A DNA stretch of 64,000 nt, taken from Patescibacteria group bacterium. GTDB taxonomy: Bacteria > Patescibacteriota > Patescibacteriia > UBA1558 > GWA2-36-10. Location: assembly GCA_018819405.1 (NCBI GenBank), contig JAHJQF010000001.1, positions 577,377 through 641,376 of the forward strand, written 5' to 3'. Shown piece after piece: positions 27,766 through 37,452 of this stretch (its first letter is position 1; each line of letters opens with the position of its first letter). The notes below the pieces were generated by a model, which was not told the DNA's origin, ran no database searches, and saw only the letters and a list, made by a program, of their open reading frames with translations. The translations under genes and the position numbers were made by a program.

Positions 27766-28755
27766 ATGCCAGATGAGTATCAGCACAAAGGTGTGCTAGC
27801 TAAAGAAGTCATAGATTATCTGGAGCCAAAAAGTAATCAGAATTTTGTAGATTGTACTTTAGGCGGAGGCGGACACAGCTTCATGATACTAGAAAAAATT
27901 GGGCCAAAGGGCAAATTGATAGCTTTTGAGCTAGATAGTAGAGCCATTAGAGCCAGTAAAGAAAGATTAAAAAAATTCAAAGACAGACTAATTATAGTAA
28001 ATAAGAATTTTGTTCATTTAGAAGAAGAAGTAAAAAAACACCAATTAGATATCTCAGGTATAGTACTTGACCTGGGGCTGTCATCTGATCAGTTGGATAA
28101 AGCGGATAGGGGATTCTCTTTTAAAGACCATGGACCACTGGACATGCGCTTTGACCCAACTGGTCAGGCTTTGACGGCATCTGATATTATCCTTAATTAT
28201 AATGAGGACCAACTTTTTAAAATATTCCGAGAGTATGGCGAAGTTTATCAGCCCAAAAGGCTGGCCAGGAACATTGTGACTTGGCGAAAAAACTTGGATA
28301 AACAAAAACAAAAAGCCATAAAAACTTCCATGCTTGTCGTCGCCATACTCCGGATATTGAATATAAGCTCCAAGTATAGCTCGGAGCAAAAACAAACTAA
28401 TTTACAAAAATATCGTATACATCCAGCTACTAAAATTTTTCAAGCTCTTCGCATTGCCGTTAATGATGAGTTGGGCAGTCTCCAAAAGACCTTACCTCAG
28501 GCCTTCTCAGTATTACAACCAGCTGGAAGATTAGCGGTCATTAGTTTTCACTCTTTGGAGGATAGAATAGTCAAAAATTACTTTAAAGATTTGGCCAGAG
28601 GCTGTATTTGTCCTCCGGAATCACCTATATGTAGATGCAATCAAAAACCACGGGTCAAGATAATTACCAAAAAGGGCATCAAGCCAAGCTCGGAGGAGAT
28701 AAAAGCTAATCCTCGTAGTCGTAGCGCTATACTAAGAGTAATAGAAAAAATTTGA
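27766..28755 (+). CDS. rsmH: 16S rRNA m4C1402 methyltransferase
   Basis: DCTLGGGGHS, DLGLSS, RGFSF, FQALRIAVN, SFHSLEDRIVK, NPRSRSA. Confidence 0.97.
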   Translation: MPDEYQHKGVLAKEVIDYLEPKSNQNFVDCTLGGGGHSFMILEKIGPKGKLIAFELDSRAIRASKERLKKFKDRLIIVNKNFVHLEEEVKKHQLDISGIVLDLGLSSDQLDKADRGFSFKDHGPLDMRFDPTGQALTASDIILNYNEDQLFKIFREYGEVYQPKRLARNIVTWRKNLDKQKQKAIKTSMLVVAILRILNISSKYSSEQKQTNLQKYRIHPATKIFQALRIAVNDELGSLQKTLPQAFSVLQPAGRLAVISFHSLEDRIVKNYFKDLARGCICPPESPICRCNQKPRVKIITKKGIKPSSEEIKANPRSRSAILRVIEKI

Positions 28756-28773
28756 TATATAAAATAGCGATGA

Positions 28774-28857
28774 ATCCCGTTAGAAATTCACAAAGTCATA
28801 ACGGGGATATATAAGTAAAATAATAAAAATAAATTTCACTATAATTTCTAACGGGAT
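28774..28857. mobile_element. MITE-like element with 15-bp perfect terminal inverted repeats
   Basis: ATCCCGTTAGAAATT ... AATTTCTAACGGGAT; right end overlaps the ATG at 28856. Confidence 0.75.
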
Positions 28858-29182
28858 GAAAACAAAAACAAAAACAAAAATAACGAACATTTGGCAGACT
28901 ATCAAAAAGATTAATGCCTTTACGGTAGTACTTTTGGTGGGTATGCTAATGACTATGCTGATTTCTACCAATTATGCCAATAGTCAGAATCTAGAAAGGA
29001 CAGATCTAAGTAAAGAAATCAAGGCTCTAGAAGATGAATTGAGGCTTTTAAATGCTTCAATCAGCGAGCTTCAGACAACCGGTAGAATTGAAGAAGAGAG
29101 TCAAAGGCTAAATTTGGTAAAGATACAGGCAGAGGACATTTATTACTTGGCCGCTAATGCTGATAGAGTGGCTTTGAAATAG
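28856..29182 (+). CDS. ftsL: FtsL-like cell division protein
   Basis: TM helix + coiled coil; located between rsmH and the PBP gene. Confidence 0.65.
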   Translation: MKTKTKTKITNIWQTIKKINAFTVVLLVGMLMTMLISTNYANSQNLERTDLSKEIKALEDELRLLNASISELQTTGRIEEESQRLNLVKIQAEDIYYLAANADRVALK

Positions 29183-29200
29183 CTAATGCTCTGGTAAATT

Positions 29201-31015
29201 ATGAACATATTTAGATCTAAAAATCATCAGATCTCTGCTTTTAGAATAAATGCCCTAGAGTGGGCTATTTTTTTGTTGGTGGCTATTATTTCTGTCCGAT
29301 TGTTTTATGTCCAAATATTGCAAAATAAACAATATTTTCAGGCGGGCTTGGCTCAGCGTTCTATAATAAAAGATGTCAAACCAGAAAGAGGTAGAATTTT
29401 TGCTATTGCCAGTGAACAGGACGGAGATGAGTTTTATCCTTTGGCGGTCAATACTGTATATTATGAGATTAGTGTAGATCCTAGCAAAATAATCCGCCCA
29501 CAAAATGTAACAGACATTTTTGCTGAAGTATTGGAGTTAGATGATGAAGCCAAATCCAAAATACTAGGTAAGGTAAAAAAAGATAATAGATTTTATGAAT
29601 TAATTGCCAGAGAAGTACCTAGAGAAAAAGTAGATACTTTGAAAGAAAAATTTGAAGAACTTAGATTTGATATCAATAAAAGTAAAAATGAGGATGAGAA
29701 AATAGATAGTTTAGAAGAGCTGGGAGTAAATTTTATAAAAAATGTTTTGCGCTATTATCCAGACAAAGAATTGGGAGCCCATATTTTGGGATTTTTAGGT
29801 TATAATGATGATGGTTTGGAAAGAGTGGGAAAATATGGATTGGAAGCCTATTTTGAAAACGAACTAGCTGGTCTTACTGGACAGATAGTTGGTGAAACTG
29901 ACTTAGCTGGTAGGCTATTGGCGGAAAGTAGCGGTAAGGAGGTTGAAAATGGAGCTGATATTGTTTTGACTATAGATCGTACAGTTCAATATGCTGCTTG
30001 TAAATCTCTAGAAAAAGCAGTAGCTAGGTATGAAGCCAAATCAGGCACGGTCATTGTTATGGATACTAAAAGTGGTGCAATCAGGGCAATGTGTAATTAT
30101 CCTAGTTTTGACCCAAACAATTATAGTGATATAGATAACGGCCATGTTTTTAATAATCTAGCTGTTTATGATAGTTATGAACCTGGTTCGGTCATGAAAG
30201 CTGTTAGTATGTCCATTGCGATTGATCAGGGCAAAGTCACGCCAAATACTTTGTTTGAAGATGAGGGTGAAATAAAATTTGCGGGTGGTCAGATTATTAG
30301 AAATTCAGATCTCAAGGCTCACGGTGTGGTGGATATGAAAGATGTTTTGGCCTTGTCATTAAACACCGGTATTATATTTGCCACCAAAGACATCAACAAT
30401 AAGATATTTGAAGACTATATGAAAAAATTTGGTTTTGGTGAAAAAACCAGTTTGATGATTAGTCAGGACTCAGACGGCAATATTTCATCTTTGGCCAAAA
30501 GTGGTGATATATTTAAAGCTACGGCTTCTTATGGGCAAGGTATTACAGTCTCACCAATGCAGATGTTGAGTGCTATAAATGTCATAGCCAATCGTGGTAA
30601 TTTGGTAAAACCATATATTGTGTCTAAGATTATTTATCCAAATGGCAAAGAAAATATTTTTTCTCCCAAAATATTACGTCAGGTGATAGATACATCTACC
30701 GCTACCCAGCTGTCAGCTATGATGGTTAATGTAGTAGATAATGGTCATGCTACCAAAGCAGGAGTAAATGGCTATTACGTAGCTGGCAAAACCGGCACTG
30801 CTCAAGTGGCTAATCCGGATACCGGAAGGTATTATGCTGATAAATTTATTCATACTTTTGTTGGTTTTGCTCCCAATGATAATCCAAAATTTACTATGAT
30901 TACCAAGTTAGACTTTCCCAGTGCTGCTAATTTTGCAGCCGATACCACAGCCCCATTATTTGGTGAAATTGCCAAATTTCTGTTAGAATATTATCAAATA
31001 GCTCCAACTAGATAA
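29201..31015 (+). CDS. ftsI: Class B penicillin-binding protein (FtsI/PBP2 family)
   Basis: PERGRI, RYYP, GLE, EPGSVMK (SxxK), SLN (SxN), KTGTAQ. Confidence 0.92.
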   Translation: MNIFRSKNHQISAFRINALEWAIFLLVAIISVRLFYVQILQNKQYFQAGLAQRSIIKDVKPERGRIFAIASEQDGDEFYPLAVNTVYYEISVDPSKIIRPQNVTDIFAEVLELDDEAKSKILGKVKKDNRFYELIAREVPREKVDTLKEKFEELRFDINKSKNEDEKIDSLEELGVNFIKNVLRYYPDKELGAHILGFLGYNDDGLERVGKYGLEAYFENELAGLTGQIVGETDLAGRLLAESSGKEVENGADIVLTIDRTVQYAACKSLEKAVARYEAKSGTVIVMDTKSGAIRAMCNYPSFDPNNYSDIDNGHVFNNLAVYDSYEPGSVMKAVSMSIAIDQGKVTPNTLFEDEGEIKFAGGQIIRNSDLKAHGVVDMKDVLALSLNTGIIFATKDINNKIFEDYMKKFGFGEKTSLMISQDSDGNISSLAKSGDIFKATASYGQGITVSPMQMLSAINVIANRGNLVKPYIVSKIIYPNGKENIFSPKILRQVIDTSTATQLSAMMVNVVDNGHATKAGVNGYYVAGKTGTAQVANPDTGRYYADKFIHTFVGFAPNDNPKFTMITKLDFPSAANFAADTTAPLFGEIAKFLLEYYQIAPTR

Positions 31016-31025
31016 ATAATAGAGA

Positions 31026-32291
31026 ATGAAAAAAATATTATATTTTAAACTTAAAATTTTGGCCAAAATGGTACTGGCCAAATATAAACCAAAAATTATT
31101 GGTGTGACTGGATCAGTGGGCAAAACTTCCGCTAAAGAAGCAATTTTTTCGGTTTTAGATGGTCATTTTAATGTGCGCAGAAACGGCAAAAATTTTAACA
31201 ATGAGATAGGTACACCACTTACTATCTTTGGTTTTGACAAAAGTCCAGGTAAAAATCTTTTTTTATGGGTTTGGTATTTCTTTTTAGCTTTAAAATTAGT
31301 TTTGATAAAGGATAAAAAATATCCTCAAGTATTGATTTTGGAAATGGGAGCGGATAAACCAAGGGATATAACTTATCTTACTTCTATTGCCCGGCCATCA
31401 ATTGGTGTGATTACAGCCATTGGCCCAAGTCATTTAGAAAAATTTAAAAGTATAAAAAATATTATTCATGAAAAGAGTCAGATTCTTAAAGGTTTGGGGG
31501 AAGATTCATGGGCTATTTTAAATAATGATGACTCAAATCTAAAAGCAGTTATTTCAAGCTGCAAGACTCAGTTAAAGACTTTTGGTATGAAAGAAGGGGC
31601 GGATGTCAGATTGTCTGATGTCAAAATTACCAAAAAAGGGGATGAGTATGGTACAGTTTTTAAGCTAGCTCATCAAGGTTCGGAAGTGCCGATGTTTTTG
31701 CCCGATGTTTTGGGTTGGCAGCACGCTCAAGCCTCAGCAATCGGAGCAGCCGTTGGTTTATCAATGGGGCTCAATCTGGTAGAAATTGGTAAACGTCTTC
31801 TAGATTATCGTCCGGCCAGAGGTAGAACAAATTTGATAAAGGGTGTAAAAAATACTTGGATAATAGATGATACATATAATGCCTCGCCACAATCTTCTAA
31901 AGTAGCGTTAGATATTTTGGCTGAAATGCCAATTGCTGGCCGTAAAATTGCTGTATTTGGAGATATGTTAGAATTAGGAGCTTTGTCTGAACAGGGGCAT
32001 CAGGAAGTAGGGCGGGAGCTTGTCCGATTAGGAATTGATTATCTTTTTGTAATAGGGGAGAGGTCAAGAGATATTGCTCGTGGTGCTAGACAAGCTGGTA
32101 TGGAAGAAGATAAAATATATCATTTCCCCTATACTATGGAGGCAGGTGTATTTTTGCAGGAAAGATTGCAGGAAAATGATGTGGTATTAATAAAAGGCTC
32201 ACGTGGTTCAAAAATGGAGCAAGTGGTTTATGAAATTATGGCCAGACCATGGCTAGCAGGCGAACTTTTGGTTGCCAAAGTAATTAAGTAA
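31026..32291 (+). CDS. murF: UDP-MurNAc-tripeptide--D-Ala-D-Ala ligase
   Basis: GVTGSVGKTS, NNEIGTP, DDTYNASP, GDMLELG, KGSRG. Confidence 0.95.
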   Translation: MKKILYFKLKILAKMVLAKYKPKIIGVTGSVGKTSAKEAIFSVLDGHFNVRRNGKNFNNEIGTPLTIFGFDKSPGKNLFLWVWYFFLALKLVLIKDKKYPQVLILEMGADKPRDITYLTSIARPSIGVITAIGPSHLEKFKSIKNIIHEKSQILKGLGEDSWAILNNDDSNLKAVISSCKTQLKTFGMKEGADVRLSDVKITKKGDEYGTVFKLAHQGSEVPMFLPDVLGWQHAQASAIGAAVGLSMGLNLVEIGKRLLDYRPARGRTNLIKGVKNTWIIDDTYNASPQSSKVALDILAEMPIAGRKIAVFGDMLELGALSEQGHQEVGRELVRLGIDYLFVIGERSRDIARGARQAGMEEDKIYHFPYTMEAGVFLQERLQENDVVLIKGSRGSKMEQVVYEIMARPWLAGELLVAKVIK

Positions 32292-32336
32292 ACTTGACTA
32301 GTTTGTTTATTTTTGTTAAAAATAGTTTCGTCTATA

Positions 32337-32366
32337 GCCCATTGTCTAGCGGCTAGGACATTACCA
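32337..32366 (+). repeat. Partial duplicate of the 5' part of tRNA-Glu
   Basis: GCCCATTGTCTAGCGGCTAGGACAT vs tRNA GCCCCATCGTCTAGCGGCTAGGACAT; ends in TACCA. Confidence 0.75.
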
Positions 32367-32441
32367 GGCCCCATCGTCTAGCGGCTAGGACATCAGGTTC
32401 TCATCCTGACAACCGGAGTTCGATTCTCCGTGGGGTCACCA
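32367..32441 (+). tRNA. tRNA-Glu (CTC)
   Basis: Acceptor GGCCCCA/TGGGGTC, anticodon arm TCAGG-TTCTCAT-CCTGA, TTCGA loop, CCA end. Confidence 0.95.
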
Positions 32442-32540
32442 TTCGATTCCGTTCTGCTTTGCAGAACTCCACTCATGGTCTCCGATCAGAAAAACAAATT
32501 AAATAACTTATATTGAATGTCCTGAGCGAAGTCGAAGGGC
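32442..32540. repeat. REP-like element after tRNA-Glu (TTCGA...CTCA / TGAGCGAAGTCGAA type)
   Basis: TTCGATTCC...ACTCATGG and TGTCCTGAGCGAAGTCGAAGG; internal hairpin GTTCTGC-TTT-GCAGAAC. Confidence 0.5.
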
Positions 32541-32630
32541 AGCTCATATATGCGGTCGCATGACTTCCTTTGACTAGACCCTCTCGATTCTACTCGAGGA
32601 CTTCGTTCGGGACAGGCAGCTAGTTAGCGG

Positions 32631-32707
32631 GGGCATGTAGCTCAGTTGGTTAGAGCACTACATTCACATTGTAGGGGTCGAAGGTTCGAGTCCCTCCATG
32701 CCCACCA
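32631..32707 (+). tRNA. tRNA-Val (CAC)
   Basis: GGGCATG/CATGCCC acceptor, CTACA-TTCACAT-TGTAG anticodon arm, CCA end. Confidence 0.95.
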
Positions 32708-32900
32708 TTTTACTCTATTTAGCTTTATAAATTTTTATTATTATATGCTTATGTTAGAAAACAACTTGCTCAAGTTGTTTTTGTTAAATTTGAGATATTA
32801 GCTATGCCTTGATAATATATTAGTAGAATAAAAATAATCAAAATATTTAATAATATAATTGTCCAAATAGATATTTTTTTGTTATAATTATAATACTAAT

Positions 32901-33488
32901 ATGAAATTATATAATTTTCATAAACTACTTATAGCTTCTTATGGTATTGCTACTTTTTCAGAAGGAGTATTAATGCCTATTTATGCTATATTTGTGCAAA
33001 GGATAGGTGGAGATATTTTAGAAGCTTCGGGCGCAATTTCTATATTTTTATTTGTTTCTGGGTTAACAACTATTTTAATTCATCGTTCAGATTGGGGCCA
33101 AAAACATCGTATCAAACTCATGGTATATGGTTGGTTGTTGTGGGTTATTGGCATAGGGGGATATTTTTTTATTTCTAATATTTATACATTGTTTGGAATC
33201 CAGATTGTGGTGGCTCTTGGAAATGCCATAGCTAATCCAGCCTTTGATGCTGAGTTAGATGATAGTATTAATAGAAAAAGTAAGTCCTATTCTTGGGGAA
33301 TTTTTGAAGGTATACAAGACATAGCTAATAGCATAGCCGCTATTTTGGGTGGTATTATAGCGAGTTTTTTTGGCTTTCGTGTTTTGATAGCTTTTATGTT
33401 TATTACAGCCGTTGTTTCTTTTTTTATAATTTTATATTATGTAAAGATAAAGAATGAAAGTTGGTTAAATAAAATATTTTTCAAATAA
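32901..33488 (+). CDS. Half-size MFS transporter-like membrane protein
   Basis: About 6 TM helices; MPIYAIFVQRIGGDIL, SDWGQK, ANPAFDA. Confidence 0.7.
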   Translation: MKLYNFHKLLIASYGIATFSEGVLMPIYAIFVQRIGGDILEASGAISIFLFVSGLTTILIHRSDWGQKHRIKLMVYGWLLWVIGIGGYFFISNIYTLFGIQIVVALGNAIANPAFDAELDDSINRKSKSYSWGIFEGIQDIANSIAAILGGIIASFFGFRVLIAFMFITAVVSFFIILYYVKIKNESWLNKIFFK

Positions 33489-33580
33489 TTTTTTATATAT
33501 TTTGTTGGGTTTGTTGTTGATGGAATTCCAGGTATAGGAGCTAGCCAGGTTTTTATAAAAGCCTGTTTTTTTGTAGCCAA

Positions 33581-33618
33581 AAAGAAAACCGCCGCGCGTT
33601 GCATGCAACGCGCGGCGG
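33581..33618 (-). terminator. Terminator of the GC-rich lipoprotein gene (perfect 30-bp palindrome)
   Basis: CCGCCGCGCGTTGCA|TGCAACGCGCGGCGG with an A-tract on the + strand side. Confidence 0.8.
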
Positions 33619-33635
33619 AAACAACAGACATAGGG

Positions 33636-34061
33636 CTAGTGCCCTTCCTTGTTCCAGTACTTGGTGTAGGCCCAGTCGAGGCGTTCGATCTTGGGGTTGG
33701 AAATGTCCTGGACTATCGTCGGTACACCGACGCGGATACGAACGAGCTCGCGGAGCTGTTCGCCGGTGTCGGGGTCGACACCGCCGTTGAGGTACAGGGT
33801 CGCTTTCTGCCGGATGAGCTCGTTGACCGAGCTTGCGGTCACGATGTCTTCGACGAAGTTGGGCTTGTCACCCTGGGGTTTGAAGTGGAAGACCACATGG
33901 CGCAGGTCCTTGAGCTCCGTCTTGGGGGGCTCGGGAACCTCCGAGTAGGGGTTGTCCTTGAGTTTGATGGTCACCTTCTCGGGCTTGGTGATGTCGCTCT
34001 TGGAGCAACCCACGGTCGAGATGGCAACCAGCAGGAGGAGGATGGTGGCGAACAGTTTCAT
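33636..34061 (-). CDS. GC-rich ORFan lipoprotein
   Basis: MKLFATILLLLVAISTVG-C lipobox; SD AAAGGA upstream. Confidence 0.7.
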   Translation of the reverse strand: MKLFATILLLLVAISTVGCSKSDITKPEKVTIKLKDNPYSEVPEPPKTELKDLRHVVFHFKPQGDKPNFVEDIVTASSVNELIRQKATLYLNGGVDPDTGEQLRELVRIRVGVPTIVQDISNPKIERLDWAYTKYWNKEGH

Positions 34062-34169
34062 GACGCGTCCTTTCGTCGGGTGTCAGTGACTTGACTAGCG
34101 AATTGTCTGTATATGTGAGTGCTTTTTGAGCACTTCTTTGGAAACGAACTTGCTTTGAGCAATCATATA

Positions 34170-34198
34170 ATTATAGCATCTTTTATCTTTTTTGTCAA
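34170..34198 (-). promoter_or_regulatory. Consensus sigma70 promoter
   Basis: Minus strand TTGACA-N17-TATAAT with extended -10 TG. Confidence 0.85.
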
Positions 34199-34281
34199 TT
34201 TTATAGACTTAGACCCAATAATAGTTGACAATTATACTAATTATTGCTATTATCTTATTGTTTTAAAATTATGTCAGTATT

Positions 34282-34596
34282 ATGAAAGCAATAATAAAAA
34301 CAGGTGGAAAACAATATTTAGTAGCCAAAGGAGATGTCCTTAAGATTGAAAAATTACCCAACGCCGAAGTCGGTAAACCAGTAGTTTTTGATCAAATTTT
34401 AGCTTTAGTTGATAAAGATCAGATTACTTTGGGAAAGCCAATGATAGCCAAAGCTAAGGTAGAAGCTACACTGCTCAAAAATCTCAAAGATAAAAAAGTA
34501 GATGTTACTAAATATAAAAATAAGACCAGATACAAAAGAGTAATTGGTCATCGCCACCAAAGAAGCGAAGTCAAGATTGATAATATAGTAGTTTAA
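34282..34596 (+). CDS. rplU: 50S ribosomal protein L21
   Basis: AIIKTGGKQY.V..GD...IEKL, GHRH. Confidence 0.96.
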   Translation: MKAIIKTGGKQYLVAKGDVLKIEKLPNAEVGKPVVFDQILALVDKDQITLGKPMIAKAKVEATLLKNLKDKKVDVTKYKNKTRYKRVIGHRHQRSEVKIDNIVV

Positions 34597-34597
34597 T

Positions 34598-34624
34598 AAA
34601 AACCCCGCGCTCGCGGGGTTTTTT
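34598..34624. terminator. Bidirectional terminator
   Basis: AAAAACCCCGCG-CT-CGCGGGGTTTTT. Confidence 0.85.
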
Positions 34625-34626
34625 GT

Positions 34627-35223
34627 TTAGATATTTTTTCTATTTTTTAGAGCCGAGGATAGAGTCACTTCATCGGTATATTCTATATTAGCACCCATTG
34701 GTATGCCTCGGGCCAGCTGGCTGATAGTGACAGGGTGGTCAGTCAATAATCGGGACAAATATATAGTTGTAGCTTCTCCTTCCATACTTTGATCAAGTGC
34801 TAGGATTATCTCTTTGACGCTATTTTTTTTAATACGATCCAAAAGCTCCTTTATTTTTATTTTTTCAGGAGTAATACCTTCTAAAGGACTTAATAATCCG
34901 TTTAGTAAATGATATACTCCAGGGAATTCTCCGGTTTTTTCTATAGCTTCGAGATCTTGATTACCACCCACCACACAGATAAGAGTTTTGTCTCTTTGGG
35001 GATTGGCACAAATATTACACAAGCCGTCATCAGTCAGATTTTGGCACTCGGGGCATAAATTTATATTTTGATAAGCCTGATATAAGGCATCAGCCATTTC
35101 TTTGATATCATCTTTTCTATGGAGTAGATTAAAAACTAACCTGGTGGAAGTTTTTGGTCCAATACCAGGCAGTTTGTCAAATTCAGCAATAAGCTTTTGG
35201 ATAAAATCGGGCAAATGTTGCAT
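34627..35223 (-). CDS. recR: Recombination protein RecR
   Basis: LPGIGPKT, C4 zinc finger, EGEAT, LARGIPMG. Confidence 0.96.
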   Translation of the reverse strand: MQHLPDFIQKLIAEFDKLPGIGPKTSTRLVFNLLHRKDDIKEMADALYQAYQNINLCPECQNLTDDGLCNICANPQRDKTLICVVGGNQDLEAIEKTGEFPGVYHLLNGLLSPLEGITPEKIKIKELLDRIKKNSVKEIILALDQSMEGEATTIYLSRLLTDHPVTISQLARGIPMGANIEYTDEVTLSSALKNRKNI

Positions 35224-35227
35224 GAAA

Positions 35228-35518
35228 TTATTTTAATAGGCTGTCTAGGCCACCCATTTCTTGCATTTTCATAGCCATTTTTCTTTGGACTTTTTTGATA
35301 GCATCGGAGATGGCATTGATAATTTCTTTTTCCAGCTCTGATTTTTTATCTTTACTTAGATACTCTTCTTTGATATCCAAAGATTTAATATCCTGATTAC
35401 CATCCATGGTTAATTTTACAGCGCGATTTTCCACTTCGACTGTTTCTTGAGCCATGGCACTTTTTAGAGTGCTAGCCTGTTTTCTTAGGTCGTTGTATTG
35501 TTTTAGTTTGTTAAACAT
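35228..35518 (-). CDS. ybaB: YbaB/EbfC nucleoid-associated protein
   Basis: VKLTMDGNQ, AISDAIKK; adjacent to recR. Confidence 0.88.
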   Translation of the reverse strand: MFNKLKQYNDLRKQASTLKSAMAQETVEVENRAVKLTMDGNQDIKSLDIKEEYLSKDKKSELEKEIINAISDAIKKVQRKMAMKMQEMGGLDSLLK

Positions 35519-35554
35519 GAATTTAATTTTAATATTAAAATTTTATTTATTTTT

Positions 35555-35621
35555 TTATTCCCGACTAGTTCGGGAATCTAGCAAATTTTGCTGGATTTCC
35601 GGAGCAAGTCCGAAAATGACA
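35555..35621. repeat. REP-like element related to the one at 22350
   Basis: ATTCCCGACTAGTTCGGGAATCT ... TTCCGGAGCAAGTCCGAAAATGAC. Confidence 0.6.
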
Positions 35622-35639
35622 AATAGTCTTTATAATTAA

Positions 35640-37103
35640 TTATGGTATGTTCTGCCAGCCCATATCAGATTGCTGGTCATTTTGTTTGTGGGAAGGTGAT
35701 TTGTTGTCAAAATTTGGGACTGGTATTTCATCGCCACTAGGAGTAGATATATCAGCTCCTTGATATTCTGTATCTAGATTTTTGAAGGAGACTTTGTTTT
35801 CATCAAAAAATAGTCTGCTCATACCAGTTGGACCATTTCTATGCTTATCAATATGAATCTCAGCGATGTGTCGTTCTTCCTCCGGACACTCACGGGATTT
35901 ATCTTTGGCTTTTCTGTAGATAAACATTACGATATCAGCATCCTGCTCAATAGACCCTGATTCTCTTAGGTCAGCTAGTTTTGGTATAGCTGGTGATCTA
36001 GCTTCTACCGCACGAGATAGCTGTGACAAGGCAAGTACCGGAATATCAAGTTCACGGGCAATTTGTTTCAAAGAACGAGAGATAGCTGATATTTCTTGGA
36101 CACGATTTTCAGTCTTGGTACTACCTTCCATAAGTTGTAGATAGTCAATCACCAAAAAACCTAGATTGTGTTCCATTTTTAGACGGCGAGCCTTGGTACG
36201 TATTTCCATAACATTGGCATTTGGAGAATCGTCAATAAATATTGGCGCTTCAGATAGTATGCCCATGGCTCGACCAATACGAGGGAAATCATCATCTTCT
36301 TCTCTGTCGGACAATTTGCCGGTACGCATTTTCCAAAGATCTACCTCAGCTTCAGCAGATAGCAGTCTGTCCACTAGTTGTTCTTTACTCATTTCCAGTG
36401 AAAATATACCGACAGGCACTCTGGCTCTGATAGCTACATTTCGGACCAAATCTAGAGCCAGAGTAGTTTTTCCCAGTGATGGCCTAGCAGCTAGTATTAT
36501 CAGATCAGAATTTTGAAAACCAGATAGTTTGTTGTCCAAATCACGGAAGCCAGTCGGGACACCTCTAGTACCTTTGCCGCCGGATTTGTGTAGTTCATCA
36601 ATACGATTGAAAGTATCGGTCAAAATATTTTTGATTGGTATAAAGTTTTTTTTGAGAGATTCTTGAGAAATAGCAAAAAGTTTTTGCTCAGCTTTGTCCA
36701 GCAATTTGGCTACATCTTCGTCTTGAGAAAAACTAAATTCAGATATTTCTGCCGCGGCTTGTTCTAGGCGACGCAGAGTGGATTTCTTTTGTATAATATC
36801 GGCGTATGATTCTACATGAGAAGAGTTGGGCACTGAAGCAGTCAGCTCGGCCAGATAGGCTTTACCACCAATACTCTCCAGTTGTTTTTTTTCATCCAAG
36901 CGGTTACCAACCGACAAGATATCAATTGGGTCATGTTTTTCAAATAAATCCAAAATAGCCTGATATATCAGACCATTACCATCTTTATAAAAATCAGTAG
37001 GACGCAAAGTATCACCAACTTTTATGACGGCCTCTTTATCTAGGAGTAAGGCTCCTAAAAGTGAGGATTCAGCTTCTAGATTTTGCGGGGGAATTTTGGT
37101 CAT
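35640..37103 (-). CDS. dnaB: Replicative DNA helicase
   Basis: PPQNLEAE, AARPSLGKT, FSLEMS, IDYLQL, LSQLSR, DLRESGSIEQDAD; no intein. Confidence 0.98.
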   Translation of the reverse strand: MTKIPPQNLEAESSLLGALLLDKEAVIKVGDTLRPTDFYKDGNGLIYQAILDLFEKHDPIDILSVGNRLDEKKQLESIGGKAYLAELTASVPNSSHVESYADIIQKKSTLRRLEQAAAEISEFSFSQDEDVAKLLDKAEQKLFAISQESLKKNFIPIKNILTDTFNRIDELHKSGGKGTRGVPTGFRDLDNKLSGFQNSDLIILAARPSLGKTTLALDLVRNVAIRARVPVGIFSLEMSKEQLVDRLLSAEAEVDLWKMRTGKLSDREEDDDFPRIGRAMGILSEAPIFIDDSPNANVMEIRTKARRLKMEHNLGFLVIDYLQLMEGSTKTENRVQEISAISRSLKQIARELDIPVLALSQLSRAVEARSPAIPKLADLRESGSIEQDADIVMFIYRKAKDKSRECPEEERHIAEIHIDKHRNGPTGMSRLFFDENKVSFKNLDTEYQGADISTPSGDEIPVPNFDNKSPSHKQNDQQSDMGWQNIP

Positions 37104-37238
37104 GCTTTTTTACTTGTAAAATCAGCTTACCTTATCTGGGCTTATTTTTCAAGGCTTATTTATTGACAATTTATAAACACCTTGAGTCAGCTCAGTGCGG
37201 GGTAAATAAAAAAACAGCCGATTGGCTGATATTATAAG

Positions 37239-37315
37239 TGGTGCGCCCAGTAGGATTCGAACCTACGACCGTCTGCTTAAAAGGCAGCTGCTCTACCAGG
37301 CTGAGCTATAGGCGC
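37239..37315 (-). tRNA. tRNA-Lys (TTT)
   Basis: GCGCCTA/TGGGCGC acceptor, CTGC-CTTTTAA-GCAG anticodon arm, CCA end. Confidence 0.95.
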
Positions 37316-37452
37316 GTATGAAAATTGAAATTGATTGTAAATAAATACTAGAGAGCCTAATATCGCTAATTAGCGAAGCCTGGAAGGCTGCCTGCCCCGT
37401 AGCTTTAGCGTAGCGGGGAGCTTATAGGCGCAAAAGCAAAATTACGAGGCTT

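Noticed and set aside
33603-34094. 163-aa plus-strand ORF and neighbours
   Set aside because: Shadow of the minus-strand lipoprotein, which has a lipobox, SD and consensus promoter.
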